Of a stretch of 64,000 nt of DNA, positions 18,612 through 34,384 are shown piece by piece. Origin of the DNA: the human T2T-CHM13v2.0 reference genome, Homo sapiens; the NCBI RefSeq assembly GCF_009914755.1, contig NC_060941.1; one strand, 5' to 3'. Position 1 is the stretch's first letter. Each line of letters starts with the position of its first letter. A model generated the notes under the pieces. The model made no database searches. It was not told the DNA's origin and saw only the letters and a program-made list of their open reading frames with translations. The position numbers and the translations under genes were made by a program.

Positions 18612-18937
18612 GTGAGTCTTATTCTGTCTCTAATGCAGATTTTGTTGAATAGAGCATTGCTTAGCAACGTTAGGGCAGTGACTGTGGAAATGGTGGCACA
18701 CCTGTGTGGTAGGTTTGTACACAGCCGTTTTCAATGATATTTAAAAAGCTTTTCTTCATAAATGGAAATTCACCATCTTGTTACCTAGAAAGCAGGATAC
18801 AAAATTACATGACACATAGTAATCTCTAAGGTGCAAAACACACGTGGAAAAAAGACAGAAGGGAAATATGCTGAAACGTTGCCAGGAGTTTTCTCTGAAT
18901 GGTTGTAATTGTCATTTTATTCTGTTACTTTTTGTTA

Positions 18938-19216
<279 letters not shown>

Positions 19217-19818
19217 TTAACTAGATACCTGGGCCAGCCTCCGGACGGCTGCTCTGCATGTGGGTGGAGGAAGAAGTGACATATGGAAGGGCAGGTAAAG
19301 CTATCTTCATTTTTCTGCTAGAAAGTCAGCAGAGTTTCCAAACAAAACCCTCTGTTGTGATTTTTCCTAAACTTCTCTTATTGTACTTGGGGACCACAGA
19401 AGGACACTGAGGACTTGGGACTCCACAGCCATTGCTTCCAGCGTCACCCCCAGAGGGTTCTCTGCATTGGGGACCTGGCAGAATGATGGCGTCTGGTAGA
19501 GAGGCAGGCGGGCGGCTGCTCATTCCCCTCCACTCCTCCACAGATGTAAGTCAAGTGCCCCCATGTGCCAGCCGGGGCACCAGGCACTGGAGGAAACGTG
19601 GAACAGCGAGTACAAAGCAGCACTGAGTGACAGATCATGTTGTCAGGGTGGCACCTGGTCCAGCTGGGGCGCTGGGTGGGCGACTGCGTCCTGAGCCCTG
19701 GGGAAGCGTGGGGAGAAGGCTCTGCAGCGAGGCAGAGGCGGGAGGCCGACCACAGGAGGGAGAAGGGCAAGATCCTCGCTCCAACCGTGGCCCGTGTTCT
19801 CTCCTTTTGTCCCCATAG

Positions 19819-19959
19819 TGTGACTCCGCCAGGAACTTGGAATGGCTGAAGACTGTGAATGAGAGTCATGGGTCTGTGGAACGCTCATCCCTGACCCTGG
19901 CCACGGCCATCAACCAAAGAGGCATCTATGTGATCCAGGCACCCAAAGGTGGCCAAAAG
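19819..19959 (+). CDS. RNF213: RNF213 exon 24 (CDSARNLE...KGGQK)
   Basis: ccccatag|TGT, AAG|gtgagc, 141 nt. Confidence 0.96.
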
Positions 19960-20065
19960 GTGAGCGGTCCCCAGCCCTCGGCGCAGCTGCGGCCCTTCTG
20001 CAGGCTGCTGCCAGTCCAGGTCTTCTGGCCCCAAGAAAGTGACTTCTAACCTATGCTCTTCACAG

Positions 20066-20230
20066 ATTTCCCCAGACACGGTTCTGCACTTGATCCTTCC
20101 TGAGAGCCCTGGCAGCCACGAGGAGTCACGAGAGTACTCTTTAGAGGAGGTGAAGGAGCTTTTGAACAAGTTGATGCTGATGTCTGGCAAGAAGGATCGT
20201 AACAACACGGAAGTGGAGAGGTTTTCAGAG
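20066..20230 (+). CDS. RNF213: RNF213 exon 25 (ISPDTVLH...ERFSE)
   Basis: cttcacag|ATT, GAG|gtgagg, 165 nt. Confidence 0.96.
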
Positions 20231-20735
20231 GTGAGGGCGCATCTTTGCAGTGGCGCTAAGCTGGTGGTGTCATCTCGTCCGTGAGGGCTGTGTACTCCCA
20301 AGAAAACGGAAAGGATTTGACTTGGGATTTGACTGATAAGAAGGGCTCTGCTCTTAGGCCCATGGAGAGTAGAGTTGGCACATTTGTAGGGTGCATGGAA
20401 CTCTAGTCCGCGGCCCCAGAGAGGTCTTAAGGCAGGCAGGCCCCTGGGTTAGCAGTCCCTCCTTACGATCCGTAGGATGAACGCTGAAGCTGGCAGCCTG
20501 TCCACCGCACTGAGAAGGAGGTTGGTCACCCAGCAAATAGCCCTTAGAAAGACACTTGAATTGCCTCTCTCACTCTGTAAATCAGCAAGAATCCAAATAA
20601 CTAAGATTTAGATGGACAAAACAGAAGTAATCATATTGAGAATGGTGTACCGGTCTAAGTAATAGTCTCTCAATTTTATTATAGGTTCTTTCTCTAAAGT
20701 TGATTTGTACTTTACAAATGGTATCCTTTATCTCT

Positions 20736-21210
<475 letters not shown>

Positions 21211-21432
21211 ACAAATGATACCATTTATCTCTACAATGACTCTTTCCCTGATGAGAGTGCCATCTTCTCAGGTGGGTTGTGTAGATGAGGAGGGAGGCCT
21301 TGTGAGCGCAGATCATGCAGTGGGCCTGTGGACAGGGCCGTCTTTTGGCGGTAGGCCTGTGTGCTGTTGCAGAGTAGCGTGTTACCCTCTCGCATGGCTC
21401 TGTGAGCCAACCTCATGGTTCTGCCTCTCCAG

Positions 21433-22588
21433 GTCTTCTGCAGTGTGCAGAGGCTCAGCCAGGCCTTCATCGACCTGCACTCTGCTGGGAATATGCTGTT
21501 CAGGACGTGGATCGCCATGGCCTACTGCTCCCCCAAGCAGGGTGTGTCCCTCCAAATGGACTTTGGCTTGGACCTGGTGACGGAGCTTAAAGAAGGTGGA
21601 GATGTCACTGAGCTGCTGGCAGCCCTCTGCAGGCAGATGGAGCACTTCCTTGACAGCTGGAAGAGATTTGTGACCCAGAAGCGAATGGAGCACTTTTACC
21701 TGAACTTCTACACGGCAGAGCAGCTGGTTTACCTGAGCACTGAGCTCAGGAAGCAGCCCCCGAGTGATGCCGCCCTAACGATGCTATCCTTCATCAAAAG
21801 CAACTGCACCCTGAGGGATGTCTTAAGGGCCTCTGTGGGGTGTGGGAGTGAGGCCGCCAGGTACCGCATGAGGAGAGTCATGGAAGAGCTCCCGCTGATG
21901 CTCTTATCAGAGTTCAGCCTGGTGGACAAGCTGAGGATCATCATGGAGCAGTCCATGAGGTGCCTTCCTGCCTTCCTGCCCGACTGCCTCGACCTAGAGA
22001 CCCTTGGCCACTGTCTGGCTCACCTGGCAGGGATGGGTGGGTCTCCCGTGGAGCGTTGTCTCCCGAGAGGTCTGCAGGTCGGCCAGCCCAACCTCGTCGT
22101 CTGTGGCCACTCCGAGGTGTTGCCAGCCGCCCTGGCTGTCTACATGCAAACCCCAAGCCAGCCCCTGCCCACTTACGATGAGGTGCTGCTCTGCACCCCG
22201 GCAACCACCTTTGAGGAGGTGGCACTGTTGCTGCGCCGCTGCCTGACCCTGGGCTCCCTGGGGCACAAGGTCTACAGCCTGCTGTTCGCAGATCAGCTGA
22301 GCTACGAGGTGGCACGCCAAGCGGAGGAGCTTTTCCACAATCTGTGCACGCAGCAGCACCGAGAAGACTACCAGCTCGTCATGGTCTGTGATGGGGACTG
22401 GGAGCACTGCTACCTCCCCTCTGCCTTCAGCCAGCACAAGGTCTTCGTCACCCCCCAGGCACCCCTCGAGGCCATCCAAGCCTACCTGGCAGGTCACTAC
22501 CGGGTCCCGAAGCAGACCCTGTCGGCGGCAGCCGTGTTCAATGACCGGCTGTGTGTTGGGATCGTGGCCTCGGAGCGAGCAGGTGTTG
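21433..22588 (+). CDS. RNF213: RNF213 exon 26 (VFCSVQRL...SERAGV); stalk to AAA1/AAA2 region
   Basis: ctctccag|GTC, GTTG|gtaagg, 1156 nt; lies within ORF 21415-22707. Confidence 0.97.
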
Positions 22589-22592
22589 GTAA

Positions 22593-23490
<898 letters not shown>

Positions 23491-23729
23491 TAAATGCCAC
23501 TGGCCTCTTTGGGGTTGATGTTGGTCGTGTGAGCAAGGGGAGGTAGAATTGAAGAGAAAGCCATGCCTCTTGACCCACCCTTCGTTTGCCATCTTGTTTC
23601 CCTTAAAAAGAAATAGTAGCTTCTGTTCTGTTGACTTTATCCTATCAACAGTACCTCGTCCTGTTGGGATAAACATTACTCTTCCCCTCCCTGCTGAAGC
23701 CTCTCCTTTTGCTGTGACTTTTATTAGCT

Positions 23730-24565
<836 letters not shown>

Positions 24566-24766
24566 TGCTTTGCCTGCTGTCCTGCGGAGGCAGGAGGTGA
24601 CCAGGAGAATGAGTAGGTAACGGCTGGGAAATGTGAAGGTTCAAGAGCGTATTCTTGAATCTGATGTTATGTTGCATCAGTTTTGAATTTTATACAAAGA
24701 GAAGTAACTTCTAGTGGATCTTTATAGATTCTCTTACTCTTTGTCCTAGCCCTGGGACTTAATTTT

Positions 24767-25002
24767 TCTCTCTCTCTCTCTCTCTATTTTTATATATATA
24801 CACACACATGCTGTATATACATACACTATATATATTCGATACATATTCTATATAGATTTCTATATATATTCTATATATTTTTACATATATAATATATATT
24901 CTATATACTTCCATATATACTATATATATTCTATATATACATATATAGTATGTATATATATATTATATATATATTGTATGTATATATATATTATATATAT
25001 AT
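24767..25002. repeat. (CT)n/(TA)n compound low-complexity tract
   Basis: Read directly; expanded tail of the adjacent Alu. Confidence 0.92.
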
Positions 25003-25337
<335 letters not shown>

Positions 25338-25361
25338 CTAATTTCTGTATTAATGTTATAG

Positions 25362-25555
25362 GAAAGTCTCTGTACGTGAAGAGGTTGCACGACAAAATGA
25401 AGATGCAGTTAAACGTGAAAAATGTGCCTCTGAAAACAATTCGACTGATCGACCCTCAGGTGGATGAGAGCCGAGTCCTGGGCGCCCTGCTGCCCTTCCT
25501 GGATGCGCAGTATCAGAAGGTCCCCGTGCTCTTTCACCTGGACGTGACCTCCTCA
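25362..25555 (+). CDS. RNF213: RNF213 exon 27 (GKSLYVKR...LDVTSS)
   Basis: gttatag|GA, TCA|gtaagt, 194 nt. Confidence 0.96.
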
Positions 25556-25660
25556 GTAAGTGCCCTCCAGCGTCAGCCGATGGCCACATCAGTAAAGACG
25601 TGGTCCCCATGTCTCTGCGTGACTCCTCCCCGTGTATAGAATTCCTTGTTTCCACACGCA

Positions 25661-25998
25661 CAGTCCTGTGAAGCTTAACAGTGGGAATGTGCTCTGAGAA
25701 GTGTGTTGTCAGGCAGTTTCCTCCTTGTGTGAACGTCATGGTGTGCGCTTACACTAACCTAGACGTAGAGCCCACTGCACACACAGGCTTTATGGTACAC
25801 ACTGTCGCTCCTAGGCCGCAAACCTGTGCTGCATATGGCTGTTCTGAATCCTGGAGCCAATTGTAAAACGGCGTATTTATGTGTCTAAACATAAAAATGG
25901 TACAGGGAAATATAGTATTAGGATTTTATGGGGCTGCCCTTGGAGACATGGGCCGTTGTTGGCTGAAATGTTGATGTTGATCATCAGGATCATCGTGA
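25661..25998 (-). mobile_element. Tigger3a (MER7A)
   Basis: cagtcctgtgaagcttaac...gctcctaggccgcaaacctgtg...ttggctgaaatgttg is the reverse of Tigger3a. Confidence 0.8.
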
Positions 25999-26086
25999 CA
26001 AAGAGCAAAATAAGGAGGGGTTACTTAGAGTTGGGAGAACTCGCCATCGTGTCGTGTGTTTACACCTCGTGCGATTCTGTTCTTAG

Positions 26087-26245
26087 GTGCAGACTGGAAT
26101 TTGGGTGTTTCTTTTCAAGCTCCTCATTTTACAATACTTAATGGATATAAATGGGAAAATGTGGCTTCGGAACCCCTGCCATTTGTATATCGTTGAAATC
26201 CTGGAAAGGAGGACGTCAGTGCCGTCGAGGAGCTCTTCAGCGCTG
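26087..26245 (+). CDS. RNF213: RNF213 exon 28 (VQTGIWVF...RSSSAL)
   Basis: ttcttag|GTG, CTG|gtctgt, 159 nt; length keeps downstream landmark numbering correct. Confidence 0.92.
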
Positions 26246-26907
26246 GTCTGTACTGTGGGGCGTTTTCGCCTGGCGTGGGGGGCTCTTGGGTTCTTTCTGG
26301 TCTTACTGAAGTGGAATGGCGCGTTTAGGAGACTCCACATCTTTGCCTTACTTAGTGCAGCAGCTGAATGCAGTGTTAGTAAAGAAAAGCCCATCTTTAA
26401 ACTCACTTTTTAATCATGTCTGGGATAAAAGTACTCTTCTGTTAATTAGCAGTGTCTTCAATATTTCTGTTCAATTCAGGCTTCATGCTGTATGCCCAGT
26501 CTGAATCCCAGCTGTGCTCTGAATCTAGGAAATTCATCTGTTGAAAGACCTCACCTTTCCTAATGCCAGCTAAGATGAGAAGGAGATGTTTGTCAAAAAT
26601 TTCTTAGCAAAAGAGAGTTTTATGTTCACTCACATACATAATACATGTATAGCTTAGTGGAGAAACTTAGTTTCAGGAAGTTGGGTTAGAAAGTGATTTC
26701 CTGGCTCAGAACGCAGCTCCCACAGCAATGCCTTACTTAATGTGCAAAAGATATGCTGTGGAAAAAAAGACTATACAGAAAGCTACATATTTTCAGTGCG
26801 TTTTTCATAAAGGTCCATCCAATATAGATAACGTGGAGGGTTAAGACACAAAAGCATTTCTTAGAAAGTCTTCTTGTAACCATTTCATTAATGTCTCTCC
26901 TTTCCAG

Positions 26908-29900
26908 CGTACACGTGTACCCCAGTTCAGTTTTCTTGACATCTTCCCAAAAGTCACCTGCAGGCCTCCCAAAGAGGTGATAGACATGGAGCTGAGTGCC
27001 CTGAGGAGTGACACAGAGCCTGGGATGGATCTGTGGGAGTTCTGCAGCGAAACTTTCCAAAGACCTTACCAGTATTTAAGACGATTCAATCAAAACCAAG
27101 ACCTAGACACGTTTCAGTATCAAGAAGGCTCTGTCGAAGGCACCCCGGAGGAATGCCTCCAGCATTTCCTGTTTCACTGCGGGGTAATAAACCCATCCTG
27201 GTCAGAGCTTCGGAACTTTGCTCGGTTCCTGAATTATCAGCTCAGAGATTGTGAGGCCTCTCTCTTCTGCAATCCGAGTTTTATTGGCGACACACTGAGG
27301 GGCTTCAAGAAGTTCGTGGTGACCTTCATGATCTTTATGGCAAGAGATTTTGCCACACCATCACTCCACACCTCTGACCAAAGCCCGGGGAAGCACATGG
27401 TCACCATGGATGGGGTTAGGGAAGAAGATCTAGCGCCCTTCTCCCTCCGGAAGAGGTGGGAGTCGGAGCCTCACCCATACGTTTTCTTCAATGACGACCA
27501 CACAACCATGACATTCATCGGCTTCCATCTGCAGCCCAACATCAACGGCAGTGTCGATGCCATCAATCACTTGACTGGGAAGGTCATCAAGAGAGACGTC
27601 ATGACCAGGGACCTGTACCAGGGCCTGCTGCTCCAGAGGGTGCCCTTCAATGTCGACTTTGATAAACTGCCCAGACACAAGAAACTTGAGAGGCTCTGCC
27701 TGACCTTAGGGATCCCCCAGGCCACCGACCCCGACAAAACGTATGAGCTCACAACCGACAATATGCTTAAAATCCTTGCCATCGAGATGCGGTTCCGGTG
27801 TGGGATCCCCGTTATCATCATGGGAGAAACTGGCTGTGGGAAAACCAGGCTTATTAAATTCCTTAGCGACCTGCGGCGTGGTGGTACCAATGCTGACACC
27901 ATAAAGCTGGTCAAGGTGCACGGAGGAACAACTGCAGACATGATCTACTCCAGAGTCAGGGAGGCTGAAAATGTGGCCTTCGCCAATAAGGACCAACATC
28001 AGTTGGACACCATCTTGTTTTTTGATGAAGCCAACACAACGGAAGCTATAAGCTGTATCAAAGAAGTCCTGTGTGATCATATGGTGGATGGCCAGCCTCT
28101 GGCTGAGGACTCTGGCCTGCATATTATAGCTGCCTGCAATCCATACCGGAAGCACTCTGAGGAGATGATCTGCCGTTTGGAGTCAGCTGGTTTGGGCTAC
28201 AGGGTTAGTATGGAGGAGACGGCCGACAGGCTGGGCTCCATTCCTCTGAGGCAGCTGGTATACCGGGTCCATGCTCTGCCCCCGAGCCTGATTCCTCTGG
28301 TGTGGGACTTTGGACAACTGAGTGACGTTGCTGAAAAGCTCTACATCCAGCAGATTGTCCAGAGACTGGTTGAGTCCATCAGCCTAGATGAAAACGGGAC
28401 TCGCGTGATCACAGAAGTCCTCTGCGCCTCTCAGGGTTTCATGAGGAAAACAGAAGATGAGTGCAGCTTTGTCAGCCTCAGGGACGTGGAGCGCTGTGTG
28501 AAAGTTTTCAGGTGGTTCCACGAGCACAGCGCGATGCTCTTAGCGCAGCTGAATGCCTTTCTCTCCAAGTCCAGCGTCAGCAAAAATCACACCGAGAGAG
28601 ATCCCGTCCTCTGGTCGTTGATGCTGGCCATCGGGGTGTGTTACCATGCCTCTTTAGAAAAGAAAGACTCATATCGGAAAGCCATCGCCAGGTTCTTTCC
28701 GAAACCGTATGACGACAGCAGGCTGCTTCTGGATGAAATAACACGGGCACAGGATCTTTTTCTGGACGGCGTACCTCTGAGGAAAACCATCGCCAAGAAC
28801 TTGGCCTTGAAGGAGAACGTCTTCATGATGGTCGTCTGCATCGAGCTGAAGATTCCCCTCTTCCTGGTGGGGAAGCCCGGCAGCTCCAAGTCTCTCGCCA
28901 AGACCATCGTGGCAGACGCCATGCAGGGCCCGGCTGCCTACTCAGATCTCTTCCGCAGCCTGAAGCAGGTCCACCTGGTGTCCTTCCAGTGCAGCCCGCA
29001 CTCCACCCCACAGGGCATCATCAGCACCTTCCGGCAGTGCGCCCGCTTTCAGCAGGGGAAGGACCTGCAGCAGTACGTCTCTGTGGTGGTGTTAGATGAG
29101 GTGGGGCTGGCGGAAGACTCACCCAAAATGCCCCTGAAGACTCTGCACCCGCTGCTGGAAGACGGATGCATTGAAGACGATCCCGCCCCCCACAAAAAGG
29201 TCGGCTTCGTGGGCATCTCCAACTGGGCCCTTGACCCTGCCAAGATGAACCGGGGCATTTTTGTGTCACGTGGCAGCCCCAACGAGACAGAGCTCATAGA
29301 GAGCGCCAAGGGCATCTGCTCCTCAGACATCCTCGTCCAGGACCGAGTCCAAGGGTACTTTGCGTCCTTTGCCAAAGCCTACGAAACGGTGTGTAAGCGC
29401 CAGGACAAGGAATTCTTCGGGCTTCGTGACTACTACAGCCTCATCAAAATGGTCTTTGCTGCAGCAAAGGCTTCAAATAGAAAGCCTTCCCCGCAAGACA
29501 TTGCACAGGCTGTCCTTAGGAACTTCAGTGGCAAGGATGACATCCAAGCTTTGGACATCTTTCTGGCCAATTTGCCCGAGGCCAAGTGCTCAGAGGAAGT
29601 CAGCCCCATGCAGCTGATCAAACAGAACATCTTTGGGCCTTCTCAGAAGGTGCCGGGTGGAGAGCAGGAAGATGCTGAGTCCCGCTACTTACTCGTGCTG
29701 ACCAAAAACTACGTGGCACTGCAGATCCTGCAGCAGACATTCTTCGAGGGGGACCAGCAGCCGGAGATTATTTTTGGTTCTGGTTTCCCCAAGGACCAAG
29801 AGTACACCCAGCTCTGCAGAAACATCAATCGTGTGAAGATCTGCATGGAAACAGGCAAGATGGTGTTGCTTCTCAACCTGCAGAACCTCTACGAGAGCCT

Positions 29901-30516
29901 CTACGACGCACTCAACCAGTACTACGTCCACCTCGGCGGCCAGAAGTACGTGGACCTCGGTCTGGGGACCCACCGCGTCAAATGTCGGGTTCACCCCAAC
30001 TTCCGCCTGATTGTCATTGAAGAGAAAGACGTCGTGTACAAACACTTTCCCATCCCCCTCATTAACCGGCTGGAGAAGCACTATCTGGATATCAACACGG
30101 TGCTGGAGAAATGGCAGAAGAGCATCGTGGAGGAGCTCTGTGCGTGGGTGGAGAAGTTCATCAATGTCAAAGCACATCATTTCCAGAAGAGGCACAAATA
30201 CAGCCCCTCTGACGTCTTCATCGGCTACCACTCGGACGCCTGCGCGTCTGTGGTGCTGCAGGTCATAGAGAGGCAGGGTCCCCGGGCCTTGACGGAGGAA
30301 CTTCACCAGAAGGTGTCTGAGGAGGCCAAATCGATCCTGCTGAACTGCGCTACGCCCGATGCCGTGGTCCGGCTGAGCGCCTACTCGCTGGGCGGGTTCG
30401 CAGCGGAGTGGCTGTCGCAGGAGTACTTTCACAGACAGAGGCACAACTCCTTTGCAGATTTCCTTCAGGCACACCTGCACACGGCAGACCTGGAGCGCCA
30501 CGCCATCTTCACAGAG
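26908..30516 (+). CDS. RNF213: RNF213 exon 29 (3609 nt; AAA+ core with the catalytic AAA3 and AAA4)
   Basis: ctttccag|CGT, GAG|gtgatt; Walker A GETGCGKT 27823-27846 (K2426 at 27841), Walker B E2488 at 28027, GKPGSSKS 28870-28893 (K2775), Walker B E2845 at 29098. Confidence 0.98.
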
Positions 30517-31999
30517 GTGATTGTCTTTCTGCACTTGTACCCTATCCCCTGTCACCCAAGAGTCCTAAATCCCTCGTGTCAGGATTCAAGATTCTTCCCC
30601 AGGCAGCGGTTAGGGATCCTGCAGGGAGATGCTGAGACGCTGAGCTCTCCTCCGCGGTAAGTGTGGGGAGTAGGTCCAGTTAACCAGGTGCTGAGTGCCT
30701 GGCTCTGTGCAGTGCACCATGCTGGTAACAGCACCATACACAGTGTTCACACCAACAAATAAAGTACCACGTCCCAGGACTGGGCCAAGGGCACTAGGGA
30801 CGCACAGATGAATCTGTAGCCCTTGTCCTTTGTTAGCATTAGGGAGCATGGAGAGACCAGCACATGAACAGATGCCATCAATATCATATGATAAATGCTG
30901 TGCTTAGAGGCAGCGGGGAGCGGTGCAGACCAGGATGCGAGCTCAGATGAGATGTTCCCTAGGAGAAGCCCCTCGCCGATGGGGAAGAATGGCCGGGAAG
31001 GGATTGTAGGCTGAGGGCCTTCTGTGGGCAGAGCCGCTGACAGCTCTTAGGGTTCAAGGCTGTAGTGCTGAGATGGGGCGATGAGGTGCAGTCAGAGAGA
31101 ACTACTGGAGGCCCTCAGTGACTCTGCAGAGCCACATCTCAGCCCTATGGAGCGGGCACTGGAGGCACGCTTGTCTCCCTGGCTGGGTGAAGGGAGTCTG
31201 ATGAAAGGCTGTTGTGGAAAAGACGGGCCGGTAGGGAGGCCGCTGGAACGGTACAAAGGAGAGGAGCAGATGGAACCGAGAGATACTCAGGAGGCAATTT
31301 GGCAGGGCCAACACCACCACCCAGTGGGGGGATGGGGGGTGGAGGGGTCCGGGGCGACCCCCTGGATTCCTCCTTAGATGAGTGGACATTGCTTCATCAT
31401 GACAGATACCGCAGGAACGGACAGCAGGTTGTGGGAGGCTAGTGATGATGTCCGCCGGGGACAGGTTTCTATGCATCGTGCAGCTGGACGTAGGAATCTG
31501 AGCTCAGTGGTGAGGCAGGGATTCCTGGGCTAGAGCAGCAGGCCTCGAGGAACGTTTCGACTTGCACTGTGATGGGGGAGTGACCTTTGGGACAGGAGAA
31601 TTGCTGACATCTGGGGGAAGGGGACAGCACCAACCACGAACTCCATCTGAAAGCATGAGTCGTACTATAACAGGAAATGGCATTTGTGCTGAGCCCTAAG
31701 GGATCATGAGAATCTCAAGTACGGACCAAGCAGGCAGAGACACGGGCCTCTGGGGAGGAGAGGAAGGCACCCTCGGGGCAGGGTGGGGTCGTCTCTCCAA
31801 TGCCTTTGGCCCTGTAGGGCCTCTCGGCCCCAGCGCTGCCGTGTTTTGGGAAACTCCTTTGGGTTTGGATTCTGTGCCGTTGTGTGGCAACTGCACCGCG
31901 CTGAACATCGCAGGTTTCTAGGATCTGTCTAAACCTGGCAGCAGACTTGCAACCTTTCCTTGAAGTCTGGCAAGTAATTTGCATTTCTTAACTCTGTAG

Positions 32000-32136
32000 A
32001 TCACCACTTTCTCCAGGCTGCTAACAAGTCACGACTGTGAAATTTTAGAATCAGAGGTCACAGGCAGGGCTCCGAAACCCACACTCCTGTGGCTGCAGCA
32101 GTTTGACACCGAGTACTCATTCCTCAAAGAAGTCCG
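32000..32136 (+). CDS. RNF213: RNF213 exon 30 (ITTFSRLL...FLKEV)
   Basis: ctctgtag|ATC, CG|gtgagg, 137 nt. Confidence 0.96.
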
Positions 32137-32530
32137 GTGAGGTTCCCTGCCTTCCCTGCTGCCCTCTCCCTCCCCAGCCGCAGCCGCGTGGCTTCTGCGT
32201 GGCGATGGTACCCGCGCCGGTTAATGAGCGCCACAGTCACGTGACTGTGAAATAGATCCTTGTTAAATCTCTCCCAGCATCCCTCTCATCTCCATCATCT
32301 TCTGCAACGCGGTGTCTGGCCTAACATCCTCCTCCGAGAGCACCATCCTCGGACCTCGTTAGGAGGCATTCCTTGGGTTTCCTCCCCTGGACTATCTGTT
32401 CTTACTGAAGAAAATCCTACCTGAGTAGCTGTTTCTTTGTAGCCTTTATGTTTCCCATCACTTTGGGGAATTTTCTTTTCCATTTTTTTAAGACAGAGAA
32501 CTCACTTGAATAACTTCCCTTTTCTTTCAG

Positions 32531-32626
32531 AAACTGTTTAACGAATACAGCCAAATGTAAAATCCTCATTTTTCAGACAGATTTTGAAGATGGAATCCGT
32601 AGCGCCCAGCTCATTGCCTCAGCTAA
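32531..32626 (+). CDS. RNF213: RNF213 exon 31 (NCLTNTAK...LIASA)
   Basis: tctttcag|A, AA|gtatgt, 96 nt. Confidence 0.95.
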
Positions 32627-32838
32627 GTATGTTTTTAGTATTTTTCTCAGAAACTATGTAAAAAACCCAAAACGTAGGAAGTCCTAGAGAATTTTTTCCT
32701 TGAAGACAGTATAGTATCATAATCAGTATAGAAATAAAAATAACAATTCTTCCCCCGCCTCATTCCCCCAAGTGGGATTAGAGAAACTGAAGAGAGACAA
32801 AAAGAAAAGGCCAATAACATTACAAAAATAGTGGAATG

Positions 32839-33072
<234 letters not shown>

Positions 33073-33445
33073 TTAACAAGCTATAAAAGGATGCCTTTGA
33101 AGCCTGTGTTTGTAGACATGTTTTGGTCATTATTAATTTTGAATTATACAATTTGAATTTATTTCAAGTTCGAGGGAAACAACAGTAGGTAAATGCTTTT
33201 TTTCCTATTTATTGGATATTTTTATAGTGTTTGTAGGGGAAGTCTGATGCTCTTAGAATTAACTTTGTGCCTTTATTACTTAAAGTAAAAGTGATTTCTG
33301 GACCTTTTTGAAGCATTGGATGCCATATTTCAGTTCGTGGCTTAAATCTCAACAAGAAACTGGCTTTGGCCATTGGTCATCTGAAGGGAATGGCATTGCG
33401 CACAGAACTCTTTGTTGAAATGGAAAGGTCCACTGGGTACAGGGG

Positions 33446-33560
33446 CTGTTTCCTATAATCCTAGCTACTTGGGAAGCAGAGGCAGGAGGATCGTTTGAGG
33501 CCAGGAGTTTGAGACCAGGCTGGGCAACACAGCAAGACCCCCATCGCTTAAGAGAAAAGA
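33446..33560 (+). mobile_element. FLAM/Alu monomer
   Basis: Alu left-arm-like sequence. Confidence 0.75.
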
Positions 33561-33914
33561 AGGAATGGAAAGTTCAGCTGTCCTCACCCTTAGCTGCACC
33601 GGGGCAGGCCCATTGAGGAGCACAAGATAGGGTTTCTGGTCAACGAAGGAATGCCACTTCAAAGCAGAGGACACAGGAATGGGGAAGAAAACGAGCCGCT
33701 AAGAGAAGATTTCTCATCCCCTTGTGAGAGAAGAAATCACGATCGCAGGGCTCTGAAGTTTATGTAAAACTCATCGGAACGGGTGGCCGTGAGACCGAAC
33801 CAACAGCTCGGAGAACACCCTTCTGCAGCTGCACAGCTTTGCTTTGTTTATTTGCTTGTTTTTGTGTGTGTGTTTGTTTTTAAAATAGGTATTCTTTTTT
33901 TTTTCTTTAAATAG

Positions 33915-34033
33915 GTATTCTGTTATAAATGAAATCAACAAAATACGAGAAAATGAGGACCGTATCTTCGTCTATTTCATCACAAAACTGTCCCGGGTGG
34001 GAAGAGGAACAGCCTATGTGGGCTTCCACGGAG
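33915..34033 (+). CDS. RNF213: RNF213 exon 32 (YSVINEIN...VGFHG)
   Basis: tttaaatag|G, GGAG|gtgaga, 119 nt. Confidence 0.95.
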
Positions 34034-34037
34034 GTGA

Positions 34038-34384
<347 letters not shown>

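Noticed and set aside
29689-30555. 288-aa minus-strand ORF, and other antisense ORFs over exons 26 and 29
   Set aside because: Antisense shadows of GC3-rich RNF213 coding sequence; no recognisable domain.
30660-31600. Possible L2 remnant
   Set aside because: Too diverged to call by eye.
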